Origin: Candidatus Methanomethylicia archaeon
GTDB taxonomy: Archaea > Thermoproteota > Methanomethylicia > CALHIW01
Direction: 5' to 3'
Length of the DNA stretch: 64,000 bases
Assembly (NCBI GenBank): GCA_038845975.1
Contig: JAWBQF010000010.1
Coordinates: 12,522 to 76,521 of the forward strand
The notes below the pieces were generated by a model. That model did no database searches, was not told where the DNA came from, and was given only the letters and a program-made list of their open reading frames with translations. Each line of letters begins with the position of its first letter. Position 1 is the first letter of the stretch. Positions 10,369 through 20,654 of this stretch are shown here, piece after piece. A program made the translations under genes and the position numbers.

Positions 10369-10587
10369 ATGCGAGGGCATTTAGCCTCAAGAAAGAGTAA
10401 AAGTATAAAATTTAAATGTAGTAAGTGTGGAAGAAAACTTACAAGAAACGACTTAATTAAATTCAGCTCAAATTTAAAACCATTATACTCACTTAATAAT
10501 GGTGGGGAATATAAACCATTATGTGTTACATGTTATCATGAACTCATAGGCTTATATGTAACTCGACAATTAAAAACAGCTAAATGA
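10369..10587 (+). CDS. Small zinc-finger protein
   Basis: CSKC...CVTC pairs in 72 aa. Confidence 0.6.
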   Translation: MRGHLASRKSKSIKFKCSKCGRKLTRNDLIKFSSNLKPLYSLNNGGEYKPLCVTCYHELIGLYVTRQLKTAK

Positions 10588-10708
10588 AACTTATTACTTA
10601 AATTATTCTATTCTTTTATTTAACCTTAAAACTCTAAGTTAATATATGGTTTAAAAGGGAAAATAAGTAGTAGATATGATAGCTGTAAATCGTAATGTAA
10701 AGATAAGT

Positions 10709-10760
10709 TCAGAAAACGGCTTTAAATCATCTTATAGTCTACTCACCTCCTTTTCATCAT
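10709..10760 (-). ncRNA. C/D-box guide sRNA candidate
   Basis: Minus strand ATGATGA-AAAGGAGGTGAGTAGACTATAAG-ATGATT-TAAAGCCGTTTT-CTGA, 52 nt; D' box is degenerate. Confidence 0.6.
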
Positions 10761-10842
10761 CCCATATAGAAATTAGGGAAAACTTAAAAGCTTTATGTGA
10801 TTATCATGGTTTAAAACCTTAAATAATACTGGTGGAAAGCTG

Positions 10843-12729
10843 TTGAACATTGATGTATTGATCATAACTGAAAAACCATCAGTTGCAAGAGTATTTGCTG
10901 AAATACTCTCTAAGAGTAAATATCGAATTATGTATAGTCATAACATTGAATACTATGTTTTTAATTTAAATAGTGAAGTATGGGCTTCAATAGGTCTTAA
11001 AGGACATATTTTAAACTACGATTTTCCAAGTAAGTTTAATAAATGGACAGAAGTAAATCCACGTGATCTATTCTTCATAGACCCACTGCACGTCATCGAG
11101 AAAGGATGCTATAGATATGTTGAAGTCCTAAAAGATATTGGTAGAAACATACGTTACGCTCTACTAGCTCTTGATGCTGATTCTGAAGGGGAAAGTATAG
11201 CGTTTGAAGTTCTTGAAATATTGAAGCAAATCAATAAGTACTTTGAAGCTAAAAGATTATGGTTTTCAGCAGTTACAGAAAGGGATATTTTGCATGCATT
11301 AAACAATCCTCAAGAGCCTAATAGACTTCTAGCTGAGAAATGCTTTACAAGAATGATTATTGACTTAACAATAGGATCAGCATTTACAAGACTTCTTACA
11401 TTAAGCGTTAGAAAAACACTTCGTAACGCTCTTCCTAAAGGACATTTTCTAAGCTTTGGACCATGTCAAACGCCTACATTATGGTTTGTAGTTCAAAGGG
11501 AAATTCAAAGAGAGAAATTTAAAGCTAGAAAGTTCTATAGGATTACATGTACGCTTAAAGCTAATGGATTAGTATTTGAAGCTGAACATTATAAAGGAAA
11601 AATAGATAGTAAAGAGGAAGCTGAGAAAATATATAGTAAAATTAAGAATGCATTGAAAGCCTATACTAGAAGCTTTAAATCAAACATAAAAACTAAGAAT
11701 CCTCCAACACCATTAAACACCATAGAGTTTGAAAGTAGAGTAAGTAAATTTCTAAACATTAGATCTAAAACAGCCCTAGACATAGCAGAGAAACTCTACC
11801 AGTATGGATATATTAGCTATCCTAGAACAGAAACCGAAATATATGGACCAACAATAAACTTAAAAGAAATCGTTCAAATGCTTTCAAAAAATATAAACTA
11901 CAGTAAGTATGCTGAAAACCTAATTCTTAAAGGATTTAAGCCTACGAGAGGGGGGAGAGATGATAAAGCCCATCCGCCAATACATCCAACAAGAATAGCT
12001 TATGAACAAGTTATTACTGAAGAATTTTCAAGAAATGCTTGGAGAATATATGACTTCATAGCTAGACATTTCCTAGCAACACTAAGCAAACCAGCTTTAA
12101 TTGAATCTCAACGTTTAGAGCTGGAAATTGAAGAGGAGAAATTTATAGCTGAAGGATTAAAAATTATTGAGGAAAACTATCTCGAAATATACTTCTACGA
12201 GAAAATCAGTGAGAAAAAAATACCAAAACTAAACACTGGAGAGGAAGTTGAAGTATTGAAAATAGAATTGAAAGAAGGAGAAACATCACCACCACCATAT
12301 CTCTCAGAGGCAGAACTGATAAAGCTAATGGAAGCTAAAGGAATTGGAACTGATGCAACAATTCAAGACCACATATATACAAACATTAAGAGAGGATACT
12401 TCTACATTGAAAATAAACGATGTATACCAACACCTTTAGGCATACAGTTAATAAAGGCATTAGACAGCATAATACCTGAAGCCATTAGACCGGAAGTAAG
12501 AGCCTTTATTGAAACACAGATATTACAAGTTGCAAAGGGAATTAAGACAAGAAGCGAAGTAGTGGAGTTTGCTAGAAAAACATTTCTAAACTACTATGAT
12601 AGACTTGAAAAGAACATAAGTGAAATATCGAAAGCTCTAGCTCCACTAGTAAGGAAAAGCATACTTCTTACAAATATTAAGAGGAAAACTAGAAAATTTA
12701 AACGGGCCCGAGGGGATTTGAACCCCTGA
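10843..12729 (+). CDS. topA: DNA topoisomerase IA (archaeal topo III-like)
   Basis: TEKPSVA TOPRIM, DADSEGE, SFGPCQTPTL, catalytic YISYPRT, AHPPIHPT, GIGTDAT. Confidence 0.93.
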   Translation: MNIDVLIITEKPSVARVFAEILSKSKYRIMYSHNIEYYVFNLNSEVWASIGLKGHILNYDFPSKFNKWTEVNPRDLFFIDPLHVIEKGCYRYVEVLKDIGRNIRYALLALDADSEGESIAFEVLEILKQINKYFEAKRLWFSAVTERDILHALNNPQEPNRLLAEKCFTRMIIDLTIGSAFTRLLTLSVRKTLRNALPKGHFLSFGPCQTPTLWFVVQREIQREKFKARKFYRITCTLKANGLVFEAEHYKGKIDSKEEAEKIYSKIKNALKAYTRSFKSNIKTKNPPTPLNTIEFESRVSKFLNIRSKTALDIAEKLYQYGYISYPRTETEIYGPTINLKEIVQMLSKNINYSKYAENLILKGFKPTRGGRDDKAHPPIHPTRIAYEQVITEEFSRNAWRIYDFIARHFLATLSKPALIESQRLELEIEEEKFIAEGLKIIEENYLEIYFYEKISEKKIPKLNTGEEVEVLKIELKEGETSPPPYLSEAELIKLMEAKGIGTDATIQDHIYTNIKRGYFYIENKRCIPTPLGIQLIKALDSIIPEAIRPEVRAFIETQILQVAKGIKTRSEVVEFARKTFLNYYDRLEKNISEISKALAPLVRKSILLTNIKRKTRKFKRARGDLNP

Positions 12730-12798
12730 CCACCGGCTTTCTTCCTCATCCGCTAGCCAACCTGAGGCCGGCGCGCTTCCATACTACGCTACGGGCCC
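12703..12798 (-). tRNA. Intron-containing tRNA with Arg-type body and apparent CAG anticodon (identity unresolved)
   Basis: GGGCCCG acceptor stem, D-stem GCGT/GCGC, anticodon stem CCGGC/GCCGG, T-arm AGGGG-TTCAAAT-CCCCT, discriminator G; 22-nt insert (12739-12760) if spliced at 37/38; anticodon at 12764-12762. Confidence 0.85.
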
Positions 12799-12886
12799 AA
12801 TATATTATCGCTTAAATACTTAAAAGCATTTAGAAAAGTTAATACATTTAGAGTTAAATTTATTAGTTCTTATATTGTGATGACTT

Positions 12887-13678
12887 ATGGAAAATATTGT
12901 TAACAGCTTAATACAGCTTGGCTTAAGTAGAGGAGAGGCTGAAACCTACCTACTAATCATTAAAGAATATAGAGTTTCTACTGATTTCTTAAAACTGAAG
13001 TTAGGGGTTAGGAGTCAGGACGTTGAGGAAATTCTAAAATTACTAACAGTAAAGGGATTTATTAAGCCAGTATCTGAACTATCTAATACCTATGAGGCTA
13101 CAGAACCTGAAACTGCTATATCAAGACTAGTATTAAATCGTATTAAAGATCTTGAAGATAAAATCAGTCAGATTAGAAATCTCGGATTGAAAATTAAGGA
13201 TGATATCCTTAAAACGTATAAGGAGGCTAAATACGGTATTAGAGCTGAACAACTTATACAACCTCTAGCCAGTCTTAGTGAAATGGAGATTCACACATTT
13301 AAAATTATTTCTGAAGCTGAAAGAAATATTGATATTTTTACTTTAACTTTTGGATGGTATGATAAAGTTCGTGAAGCATTAATCTCATGTCTTGAGAGAA
13401 GAGTTACCATTAGAGTTTTAATGAAAATAGCTGATGAAACTTCAAGAAGAATAGCTCTAGAACTTAAAGAATTAGGAGCTAGCGTTAAAATACTAGCTGA
13501 AGAATGGCATCCATTAAGAGGAACAATAGCTGACAATAAGAGAATGGTATTTTTAATATGGGCTTCTAAAGGTGAGAAACCTATATACTATTTACCACAC
13601 TACTCAACTAATGAGGGAATTCTTGAAATATTTAAAGAATTCTTTAATAAAAAGTGGAATGAAGCAAAGCCATTATAG
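12887..13678 (+). CDS. TrmB-family transcriptional regulator
   Basis: LIQLGLSRGEAETYLLI wHTH, coiled coil, PLD-like C-terminal domain (RGTIADNK). Confidence 0.85.
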   Translation: MENIVNSLIQLGLSRGEAETYLLIIKEYRVSTDFLKLKLGVRSQDVEEILKLLTVKGFIKPVSELSNTYEATEPETAISRLVLNRIKDLEDKISQIRNLGLKIKDDILKTYKEAKYGIRAEQLIQPLASLSEMEIHTFKIISEAERNIDIFTLTFGWYDKVREALISCLERRVTIRVLMKIADETSRRIALELKELGASVKILAEEWHPLRGTIADNKRMVFLIWASKGEKPIYYLPHYSTNEGILEIFKEFFNKKWNEAKPL

Positions 13679-14350
13679 ATTAAATATAAACGAAGTAATG
13701 TTGAGTATAATTAAATTACAAAGCAGACCTCCATAAACCACTATGACTTTAATAAAGAGTCCTTAGCATATTTCCAGCACTTAATATATCCTAGACCAGA
13801 TCAGTGAATATACTTATAATGTGTAGTATGAATGTGATTCCACTGTTTCTTAAACTGGTCTACTTCACATATAATTTTTAAGGCTACTTTATTACTCAGT
13901 TTATCATCTCTTGCAACATTTACTATTCAAGCTATTGCTTTATGTGTAAGTCCCAGACATGAAATAAATGCTTTAACCTCCTCCTTCAAACGCTCTACAT
14001 ATATCTAATAGTTTCATCATTGTCCTTAACTAATACACTTATGAGCACTACAAAGATGCTTAAATAACATATCTATGCCTTATTGGATCAGTATGTAGAA
14101 CATGAACTATAAAAGCAGCTTTAAACTTTCTATATAACTTACCGTCATGTTAACTTTAAAAGTTTAAGCGAGGGTTTTCTTACCATATACTAGTAAGATT
14201 AGCAATTATAGATTCTTAATAGGATAAGACTGCACATTAATAATTAAAACATGTAGAAAATGGAAATTCAAAGATATAATAAAATTAAGATTCTAACAAT
14301 AGAGATGATAAAAATGATATAAAACTTCTAAAGTTAACAAACATTCTAAC

Positions 14351-14550
14351 CGACGTGATAACTTAAGAAGTATACTCTGTTACTAATATTTCATATGGTA
14401 TTAGAGGTTTGTAGAGGTCTGGATTCTTTGATGGAAATAAGATTCCATTGAGGTTAAGTACAGGTATAGCTTTATATTTAGATGTTTGAGAGAATTTCTA
14501 GAATTTATTTACGTATAGTCTACGATCAACAACTAAATCTTACTTGTTTC
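14351..14550 (+). mobile_element. Left-end fragment of a decayed IS6 family-B element
   Basis: GACGTGATAACTTAAG TIR followed by a GFFDGNKIPLR..GIALYL-like relic; aligns by eye with the 58708 end of the 58096-58708 element; right boundary approximate. Confidence 0.55.
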
Positions 14551-14797
14551 CATCAAACTACATTCAAATAATGTAAATTATTAAAGCTTACAGTGGCTGT
14601 GGCATAATTTTCACCTCTAATATTTTGAATAACTCTATTCCCCTTATGATCTCATGTTTTCCTATTTTTAAAGCTCTTGGCCATGAAGGACGTGAAGACT
14701 AGAAGAACATATGCGGCTATATTTGCCAAGCCTTTCACATACAGCCTTCCTATAGCATAAATGTTATAAAAATCAATAAATACCTAAATAGTGGTAT

Positions 14798-15922
14798 TTA
14801 AGTAATATTGTAATAGCTTCTAAGTCTTTTAAGAGAATACATTCTTTCACTATTATTTATCTCAGCTTTTTCAATGATTTCTACTAAAAACTTTATAGCT
14901 TCATCCATTGCTTCTCTATTTACTGGAAATGGAACACCATCCTTACCTCCAAAAGCAAATGAGTACTTTACAGGATCCCTCCAGCTTGGAGGAGTACCGT
15001 AAATAACTTCTGAAATTAGAGCAAGCCCACGTATTGTAGCCGGTCCAATACCTTTAATGGTTAAAAGCTCCTCAAAATTCTTAGGCTGAGTTTCATATGC
15101 ATTTCTTAAAGCATCCCAATTAATACTACGAGGCATATATAGCACATCTATAGTATAGCTTGTACTTGAATTGGAAAACCACTTATCTAGGCTCTCTTGG
15201 CATATTGGTCTTATAGATTTTAATGCATTTAAAATCTTATGTGGACCATCTTTAACTATATCTACGCATATTTTTCTACAATCTTCACTATTACTTGAAG
15301 TCATATCTAAAACTCTTCTTCTCACAACATTACCAACTATGGCTGTATGGGGTTCATTAACATAGTCTTTAAGAGCCGTAGATAACCAATGATATCTACG
15401 AGCTGTTTTATCATGAATATTCATGCCTTGCTGTATAACGGCCCAATCTCCATCTTCAGAAACTATGAAGACATGATGATAAAGAGGATATCCTGCTTGA
15501 ATGGCAGCATTATCAATCTTAGCTGTAATTCTACTAGCATATTTTAAGCTTTCAATTTTAGATGTTGATAAATTAAACAAGGCACCTGTGATCTCAATAT
15601 CATTTAGAGTTTGAATTGAACGTTTACCTTTACCACCACAAACAGCAAGACCATGTCTCTCATGTTTTAAAGCGGTTCTTAAAACACCAGAAACCACTGT
15701 TGTAACCCCTGAGGAATGCCAATCATATCCTAATATACAGCCAAAGCTTTGAAACCAGAATGGATTTGAAACTCTTCTTAAAAACTCATGTACTCCATAT
15801 TCATCTATAATGATTTTAACAATAACATCTGCAAGTTTAATCATTCTTCTAACAAGCCAACTTGGTGCCTTCCCGCCGTGGAGGGGAAGGTAGGCTACTC
15901 CAGACCTTTCCAAAGTTATCAT
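14798..15922 (-). CDS. DUF763 family protein
   Basis: LPLHGGKAP, DWHSSG, QQGMN, ARRYHW, FAFGGKDGVPFPV. Confidence 0.9.
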   Translation of the reverse strand: MITLERSGVAYLPLHGGKAPSWLVRRMIKLADVIVKIIIDEYGVHEFLRRVSNPFWFQSFGCILGYDWHSSGVTTVVSGVLRTALKHERHGLAVCGGKGKRSIQTLNDIEITGALFNLSTSKIESLKYASRITAKIDNAAIQAGYPLYHHVFIVSEDGDWAVIQQGMNIHDKTARRYHWLSTALKDYVNEPHTAIVGNVVRRRVLDMTSSNSEDCRKICVDIVKDGPHKILNALKSIRPICQESLDKWFSNSSTSYTIDVLYMPRSINWDALRNAYETQPKNFEELLTIKGIGPATIRGLALISEVIYGTPPSWRDPVKYSFAFGGKDGVPFPVNREAMDEAIKFLVEIIEKAEINNSERMYSLKRLRSYYNIT

Positions 15923-16554
15923 TAACTAGTTTAAACTAGGAAATTTAAACTTATCTCATGGCAAAAATTGAATAATACATAATTTAAGATGAAACCATAA
16001 GTTATGCATATACTAATGGAACTATAGGAATACACTCTTACTCAAATGTTTTGTTTATGTGATTCCTCATATTCTTCTGAATGATGGCTATTCCGCTGTC
16101 TTCTAAGCTTACTAGTGTTAATGATGTTAGTGTTCTTACTATGAGTCATACAATGTTATTAGGTTGACATAGAGATATTATCATAGATGTTGCCGTAAAT
16201 CTGTATTAAAACTTAATGTAAGACTAAACAATATTTACATATTCAAAATTTTTCTAAGAATAACCTAACCTATTCAAACTCCAAAAGAAACAAGAAAAGT
16301 ATAGGAACTGATAGCAATAATAAGCTAACCACTAACAAATACCTAAGTAAATAGTTGGTAGCTAAGAGTTATTAGAAGAATGATAGAGATAGAGCTTTTA
16401 AAGATCTGTCTTTATGACAAGAATGAGATAACACTATGGGAGCTTTACTTATATGTGATTTAGAGTAATACTAAATAGATAGTGTAGCTTTATATAGCTT
16501 AAGATAATCAGTATTAAGAACATTGAGAACTACTAGATAATTAATGGTGAGCTT

Positions 16555-18006
16555 ATGGCTAGAAGTATTTTACTACATCATACACTTACACCTGCTCTTG
16601 GAGTGGTTTTCATGATTGTATCATTTACACTTATTGTTCCAGGTATTCTAGGATTTGCTTTTACATTGAGTGGGAAACATGATGAAGCAAATATTGCAAC
16701 AGCATTTATACATATTGGACTCGTATCCTTTGCCTTAGGATTTTTTACTTTTAGAAAGTTTAGAATTGAGAGTGTAAGATTAAGTTATGGGGAGGCTATT
16801 CAAATAGCGGTTATTTCATGGATTCTTATACCAATAGTTAATGGAGTAGCAATAAGTATTTCAGGGTTAATGAGTCCTATAGATGCCTTATTTGAATCTA
16901 TAAGTGGCTTTACAACAACAGGGCTAACAGTTTTAAAACCACCAATTGAGAGCCAACCATTAACTCTACTGTTTTGGAGAAGTGTTTCCCAATGGGTTGG
17001 AGGACTTGGAATAATCTACATATCAATTTTAGTAATTGCACCTCCAAGCTTATTAACAATGAGAATATTTACTGTAGAGGGACATTTAGAAAAAGTTGAA
17101 GCAAGCGCTGTTGAAACAGCTCATAAAATAATTAGAGTATATCTATTACTAACAGGTTTAAGTATTATCTTATTCTTAATCGTAGGTATGAATCCCTTTG
17201 ATGCATTAAATCATGCATTAACAGCAATAGCAACCGGTGGATTTAGTACAAGAACTGAAAGTATTGGATACTACAAGTCAATCCAAGTATATATTGCTGC
17301 AATCATATTAATTATACTGGGAGCTTTAAACTTTCCATCTTATACGAAACTTATGAAGGGAAAAATTAGGGATTTCATAAAGTATGAGGAAAATAAAACG
17401 TTTCTAGCTCTAGCATTTTCAATATCTATACTTCTAACCTCTATACTCGCCTCAAAAAGCAGTATTGAAAATCCTATTATGTTCGGAATCTTCCATACAG
17501 TTTCAGCTATTGGTGGATGCGGATTTCAAATTGGAAACTTAAATATACTTAATGAGACTTCAAAAGCATTAATCATAATTTCCATGATTCTTGGAGGATG
17601 TACAGATTCGACAGCTGGAGGTATTAAGACTTTAAGAACAATAATGATGTTTAAAGCTTTAAAATGGGAGCTTAAATTAGCATTATCACCAAAAGGAACT
17701 AGAATAATTAGAAAGATCGGAGATAGAGAAGTTACTGATGAAGTACTGATAAGAACAGCTTTATTTATGTTAATATATGTACTCTTAGTATTTATAGGTG
17801 GAGTAGCAATTAGTATTGAGGGATATTCATTAGTAGACTCAATGTTTGAAGCTGCTTCCGCCATAGGTAATGTAGGATTAACAATGAATATAACCTCGCA
17901 TTTAGCCCCTACATGGATTAAACTAATTCTAATGATATACATGCTTCTAGGAAGATTAGAGATTCTACCATATCTACTGCTAATTTACAGATTCATTAAA
18001 AAATAA
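16555..18006 (+). CDS. trkH: Trk potassium uptake membrane protein
   Basis: FESISGFTTTG, QWVGGLG, ATGGFS, STAGGIK, SAIGNVG, GRLEI. Confidence 0.93.
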   Translation: MARSILLHHTLTPALGVVFMIVSFTLIVPGILGFAFTLSGKHDEANIATAFIHIGLVSFALGFFTFRKFRIESVRLSYGEAIQIAVISWILIPIVNGVAISISGLMSPIDALFESISGFTTTGLTVLKPPIESQPLTLLFWRSVSQWVGGLGIIYISILVIAPPSLLTMRIFTVEGHLEKVEASAVETAHKIIRVYLLLTGLSIILFLIVGMNPFDALNHALTAIATGGFSTRTESIGYYKSIQVYIAAIILIILGALNFPSYTKLMKGKIRDFIKYEENKTFLALAFSISILLTSILASKSSIENPIMFGIFHTVSAIGGCGFQIGNLNILNETSKALIIISMILGGCTDSTAGGIKTLRTIMMFKALKWELKLALSPKGTRIIRKIGDREVTDEVLIRTALFMLIYVLLVFIGGVAISIEGYSLVDSMFEAASAIGNVGLTMNITSHLAPTWIKLILMIYMLLGRLEILPYLLLIYRFIKK

Positions 18007-19043
18007 TGTTTATAGTCTAATTTAAATTCATAATCTAGAGGCGGATAAATGTTGAAGTTCTACATTTTGTTAGTATTTAAAGCACTTGACTGATTATCAA
18101 TTCTTTCTTAGCTTGTTTATATTTGTGATATATAGTGTTTTATGCGTTAATCTATTACTCTAGCATAGTTTCCTATGGTTTGATATGTAGGTTGTATATG
18201 TGTTAGCTACTCTAGGAGTATATGCTAATAATACCGGCTACTAGCGTCTATTGATGGTTTTAATCTTAACATATAACCTTATTAGAATTGCTTAACATTC
18301 TTATAAACTCTCTATCTTATACTTAATTGCTTAAATAGTACTCCTACATAGATATCATGAATTCATTAAGATTAATCTTTAGCCCTCTGCGAGCAGCTTA
18401 AATAACAGTATTAATCCAATATACTAGTTTAACTCGACTTGAACCATACATGACCTTAAGACATGCTTACTAATAACATAAGAGCTTAAGCATACTAAGT
18501 ATTCTTCACTTGAAAGCTAGCATAACCTAACTACGTAACATAAAATGGTTTATTATGTTTAAGCTACATTGATAGCTTACAAGCTTTTATTCTTCTAATA
18601 AATTGTTTCGATACTTCAAGCTTAGGATTTACTATTTAGCAACGATAAGCTCTGTCAAGTATTTTGGAGCGATGAAATTAGAATCTTAAAATCAGTCGTC
18701 ATTCATGAAGACTTTCCTACCAGATTTGAAATCCGCATGCTTAAGTTATCTCATAGACAAGGAAAATTTAGGAAGAAAAATTAGTAAGTTCAACATGAAG
18801 ATGAAGAACCTAACACAAATAAGTTAAAACAGAAAGGTTTAAACCCTGTTAACTAAGTACTACTTATTACATAAATATTGAAGACTTAACTGTGAGCTTG
18901 ATCTTTAAGAATTTTAAACTTGAAATTCCACTAAATATAGAGTTAATGTAAAGTTTGATAGGGTATTTAAAATGCTTAGAATCATTATGGAATTCATATT
19001 TTAAATAGTAAAGTTTAATTAGGATTGGGATTATTGATTTTTA

Positions 19044-19691
19044 ATGAGGATCTTAATTGTTGGAGCTGGAGATGTTGGAAAAAGACTTACAAAGATATTG
19101 ACCAAAGGCGGTAATGAAGTAGTAGTCATTGATAGGGATAAGAGAGCATGCGATATTGTTGCTGGTGAAACTGACGCCTTAGTGTTAAATAGGGAGGCTA
19201 CCGATTTGAATGTATATGAGGAGATAGAGATAGATAAGTTCGATATTGTACTTGCATTAACAAACAGAGATGAAGTTAATCTTTTTGTATGTATGGTTGC
19301 TAAGAACTATGGAGTACCGAGAATTATAAGTCTTGTAGAGGATGAAAAAATAGCTGAGTTTATGAGTGGGTTAGGTGTTGAAAAACCACTATGTAAACCT
19401 AAGCTAGTTGCAAACACATTAAGTAACATTATTGAAGGAAGAAGGGGAGTAGCGGAAATTTTTGAGGTGGAGAAGGGAAGCTTCAAAATAGTAGCAGTAG
19501 ATATTGGTGAGCATATAGTAGGTAAAACATTAAGGGAACTTAATATACCTTTAAGAGCAAAAATAATATCAGTATTTAATGGTGAGGAATTTATTGACCC
19601 GGATCCGGATTATACTTTAAAATATGGAGATATGGTTATAGCATTAGTCCATGTAGACGATATTAGAAGGCTAGAGGACACATTAAGGTGA
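19044..19691 (+). CDS. trkA: Trk potassium uptake regulatory RCK protein
   Basis: ILIVGAGDVG Rossmann motif, TNRDEVN, TrkA-C domain. Confidence 0.9.
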   Translation: MRILIVGAGDVGKRLTKILTKGGNEVVVIDRDKRACDIVAGETDALVLNREATDLNVYEEIEIDKFDIVLALTNRDEVNLFVCMVAKNYGVPRIISLVEDEKIAEFMSGLGVEKPLCKPKLVANTLSNIIEGRRGVAEIFEVEKGSFKIVAVDIGEHIVGKTLRELNIPLRAKIISVFNGEEFIDPDPDYTLKYGDMVIALVHVDDIRRLEDTLR

Positions 19692-19698
19692 AGATAGA

Positions 19699-20481
19699 AT
19701 GGCTGAGGCTTGGCAGTGGATAATTGATCAGACAACACTTTTAATGATTTTAAGAATAATTATTACAATTGTATTGGCCTATTTAATAGTTAAATTTTTA
19801 GAATTTATTCTTTCAAGACTCTCACATAAACATATTATAAGCTATGAGGATGCTAAAAGGATAGATGCTATAACTACAGTATTTGTATATGTAGTTACAG
19901 CCATAACTATAATTTCAATAGTTACATGGTCTGAAACCATAATATATACTCTAGTAGGATTGTTGTTAATAGCTAGTGGTATAGCATTATATTCAATTAA
20001 AGACATCATTGGAAACTTAATAGCGTATTATGGCATAATATCAGTTAAAAATGTAAGAATTGGAAACATCATAGAAATAAACAATGAGAGGGGAGTTATT
20101 AAGGGAATAACTCCAACACATATTGAGGTATATATAAATGAGGATAAAACCATACAAGTTCCAAATATTGAAATATTTCAAAAACCAATACTGATATATA
20201 AGGCACCCCATACAGTTAAACTTAAAGTTAAAATGAATAGACTAATTGAATTTGCAAATATTGAGGAGAATTTGAGAGACATATTATCAAACTATAAGGA
20301 AATAGTTAAGACAAAGAGTCCAATAGTACATGTTAGGGAAGTTAATGATAAAAGCTTTGAATGCATATTAACAGTTTATGTTGAAAACCCAATGAAAAAG
20401 GAGAAGGTATTTTCAGATATTGCAAAAATTCTAACCGAGAAATTGCAAAATTCAATAATAAACATTGAAAACATAGAGTAG
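19699..20481 (+). CDS. Small-conductance mechanosensitive channel (MscS family)
   Basis: Three N-terminal TM helices, KDIIGNLIA, VRIGNIIEIN..GVI, VPN. Confidence 0.8.
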   Translation: MAEAWQWIIDQTTLLMILRIIITIVLAYLIVKFLEFILSRLSHKHIISYEDAKRIDAITTVFVYVVTAITIISIVTWSETIIYTLVGLLLIASGIALYSIKDIIGNLIAYYGIISVKNVRIGNIIEINNERGVIKGITPTHIEVYINEDKTIQVPNIEIFQKPILIYKAPHTVKLKVKMNRLIEFANIEENLRDILSNYKEIVKTKSPIVHVREVNDKSFECILTVYVENPMKKEKVFSDIAKILTEKLQNSIINIENIE

Positions 20482-20596
20482 CTAGACAATTTAAGGATCA
20501 TAGCTAGCATTATGATAGCTATAGTAAGGTACTATGAACTTTAAATATTGAAATGGAAATTGTAGTTAATGGCTTACGTTTATAAGACAATAATAG

Positions 20597-20646
20597 GGAC
20601 CTGGCAACTTAAGAATAAAGCTACAATATGCTAAGTTGCCACGTCT
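20597..20646. mobile_element. 50-bp TIR-only miniature element (IS6 TIR family B)
   Basis: GGACCTGGCAACTTAAG...CTAAGTTGCCACGTCT; near-identical to 9145-9194; imperfect 8-bp DR AATAATAG/GATAATAA. Confidence 0.8.
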
Positions 20647-20654
20647 GATAATAA

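Noticed and set aside
12739-12764. Two-intron model yielding Arg(GCG)
   Set aside because: The required splice sites have no complementary 4-bp BHB helix
12703-12798. Reading the tRNA as a selenocysteine/opal suppressor (TCA) by shifting the anticodon stem one base
   Set aside because: It breaks the D-stem, puts C at position 33, and there is no long variable arm
13900-14100. Possible further IS6 C-terminal relic (VERLKEEVKAF-like, minus strand)
   Set aside because: Too degraded; no ends identified
14675-14755. GC-richer patch with a CTTGGC/GCCAAG stem as an H/ACA RNA
   Set aside because: No convincing K-turn or pseudouridylation pocket by eye
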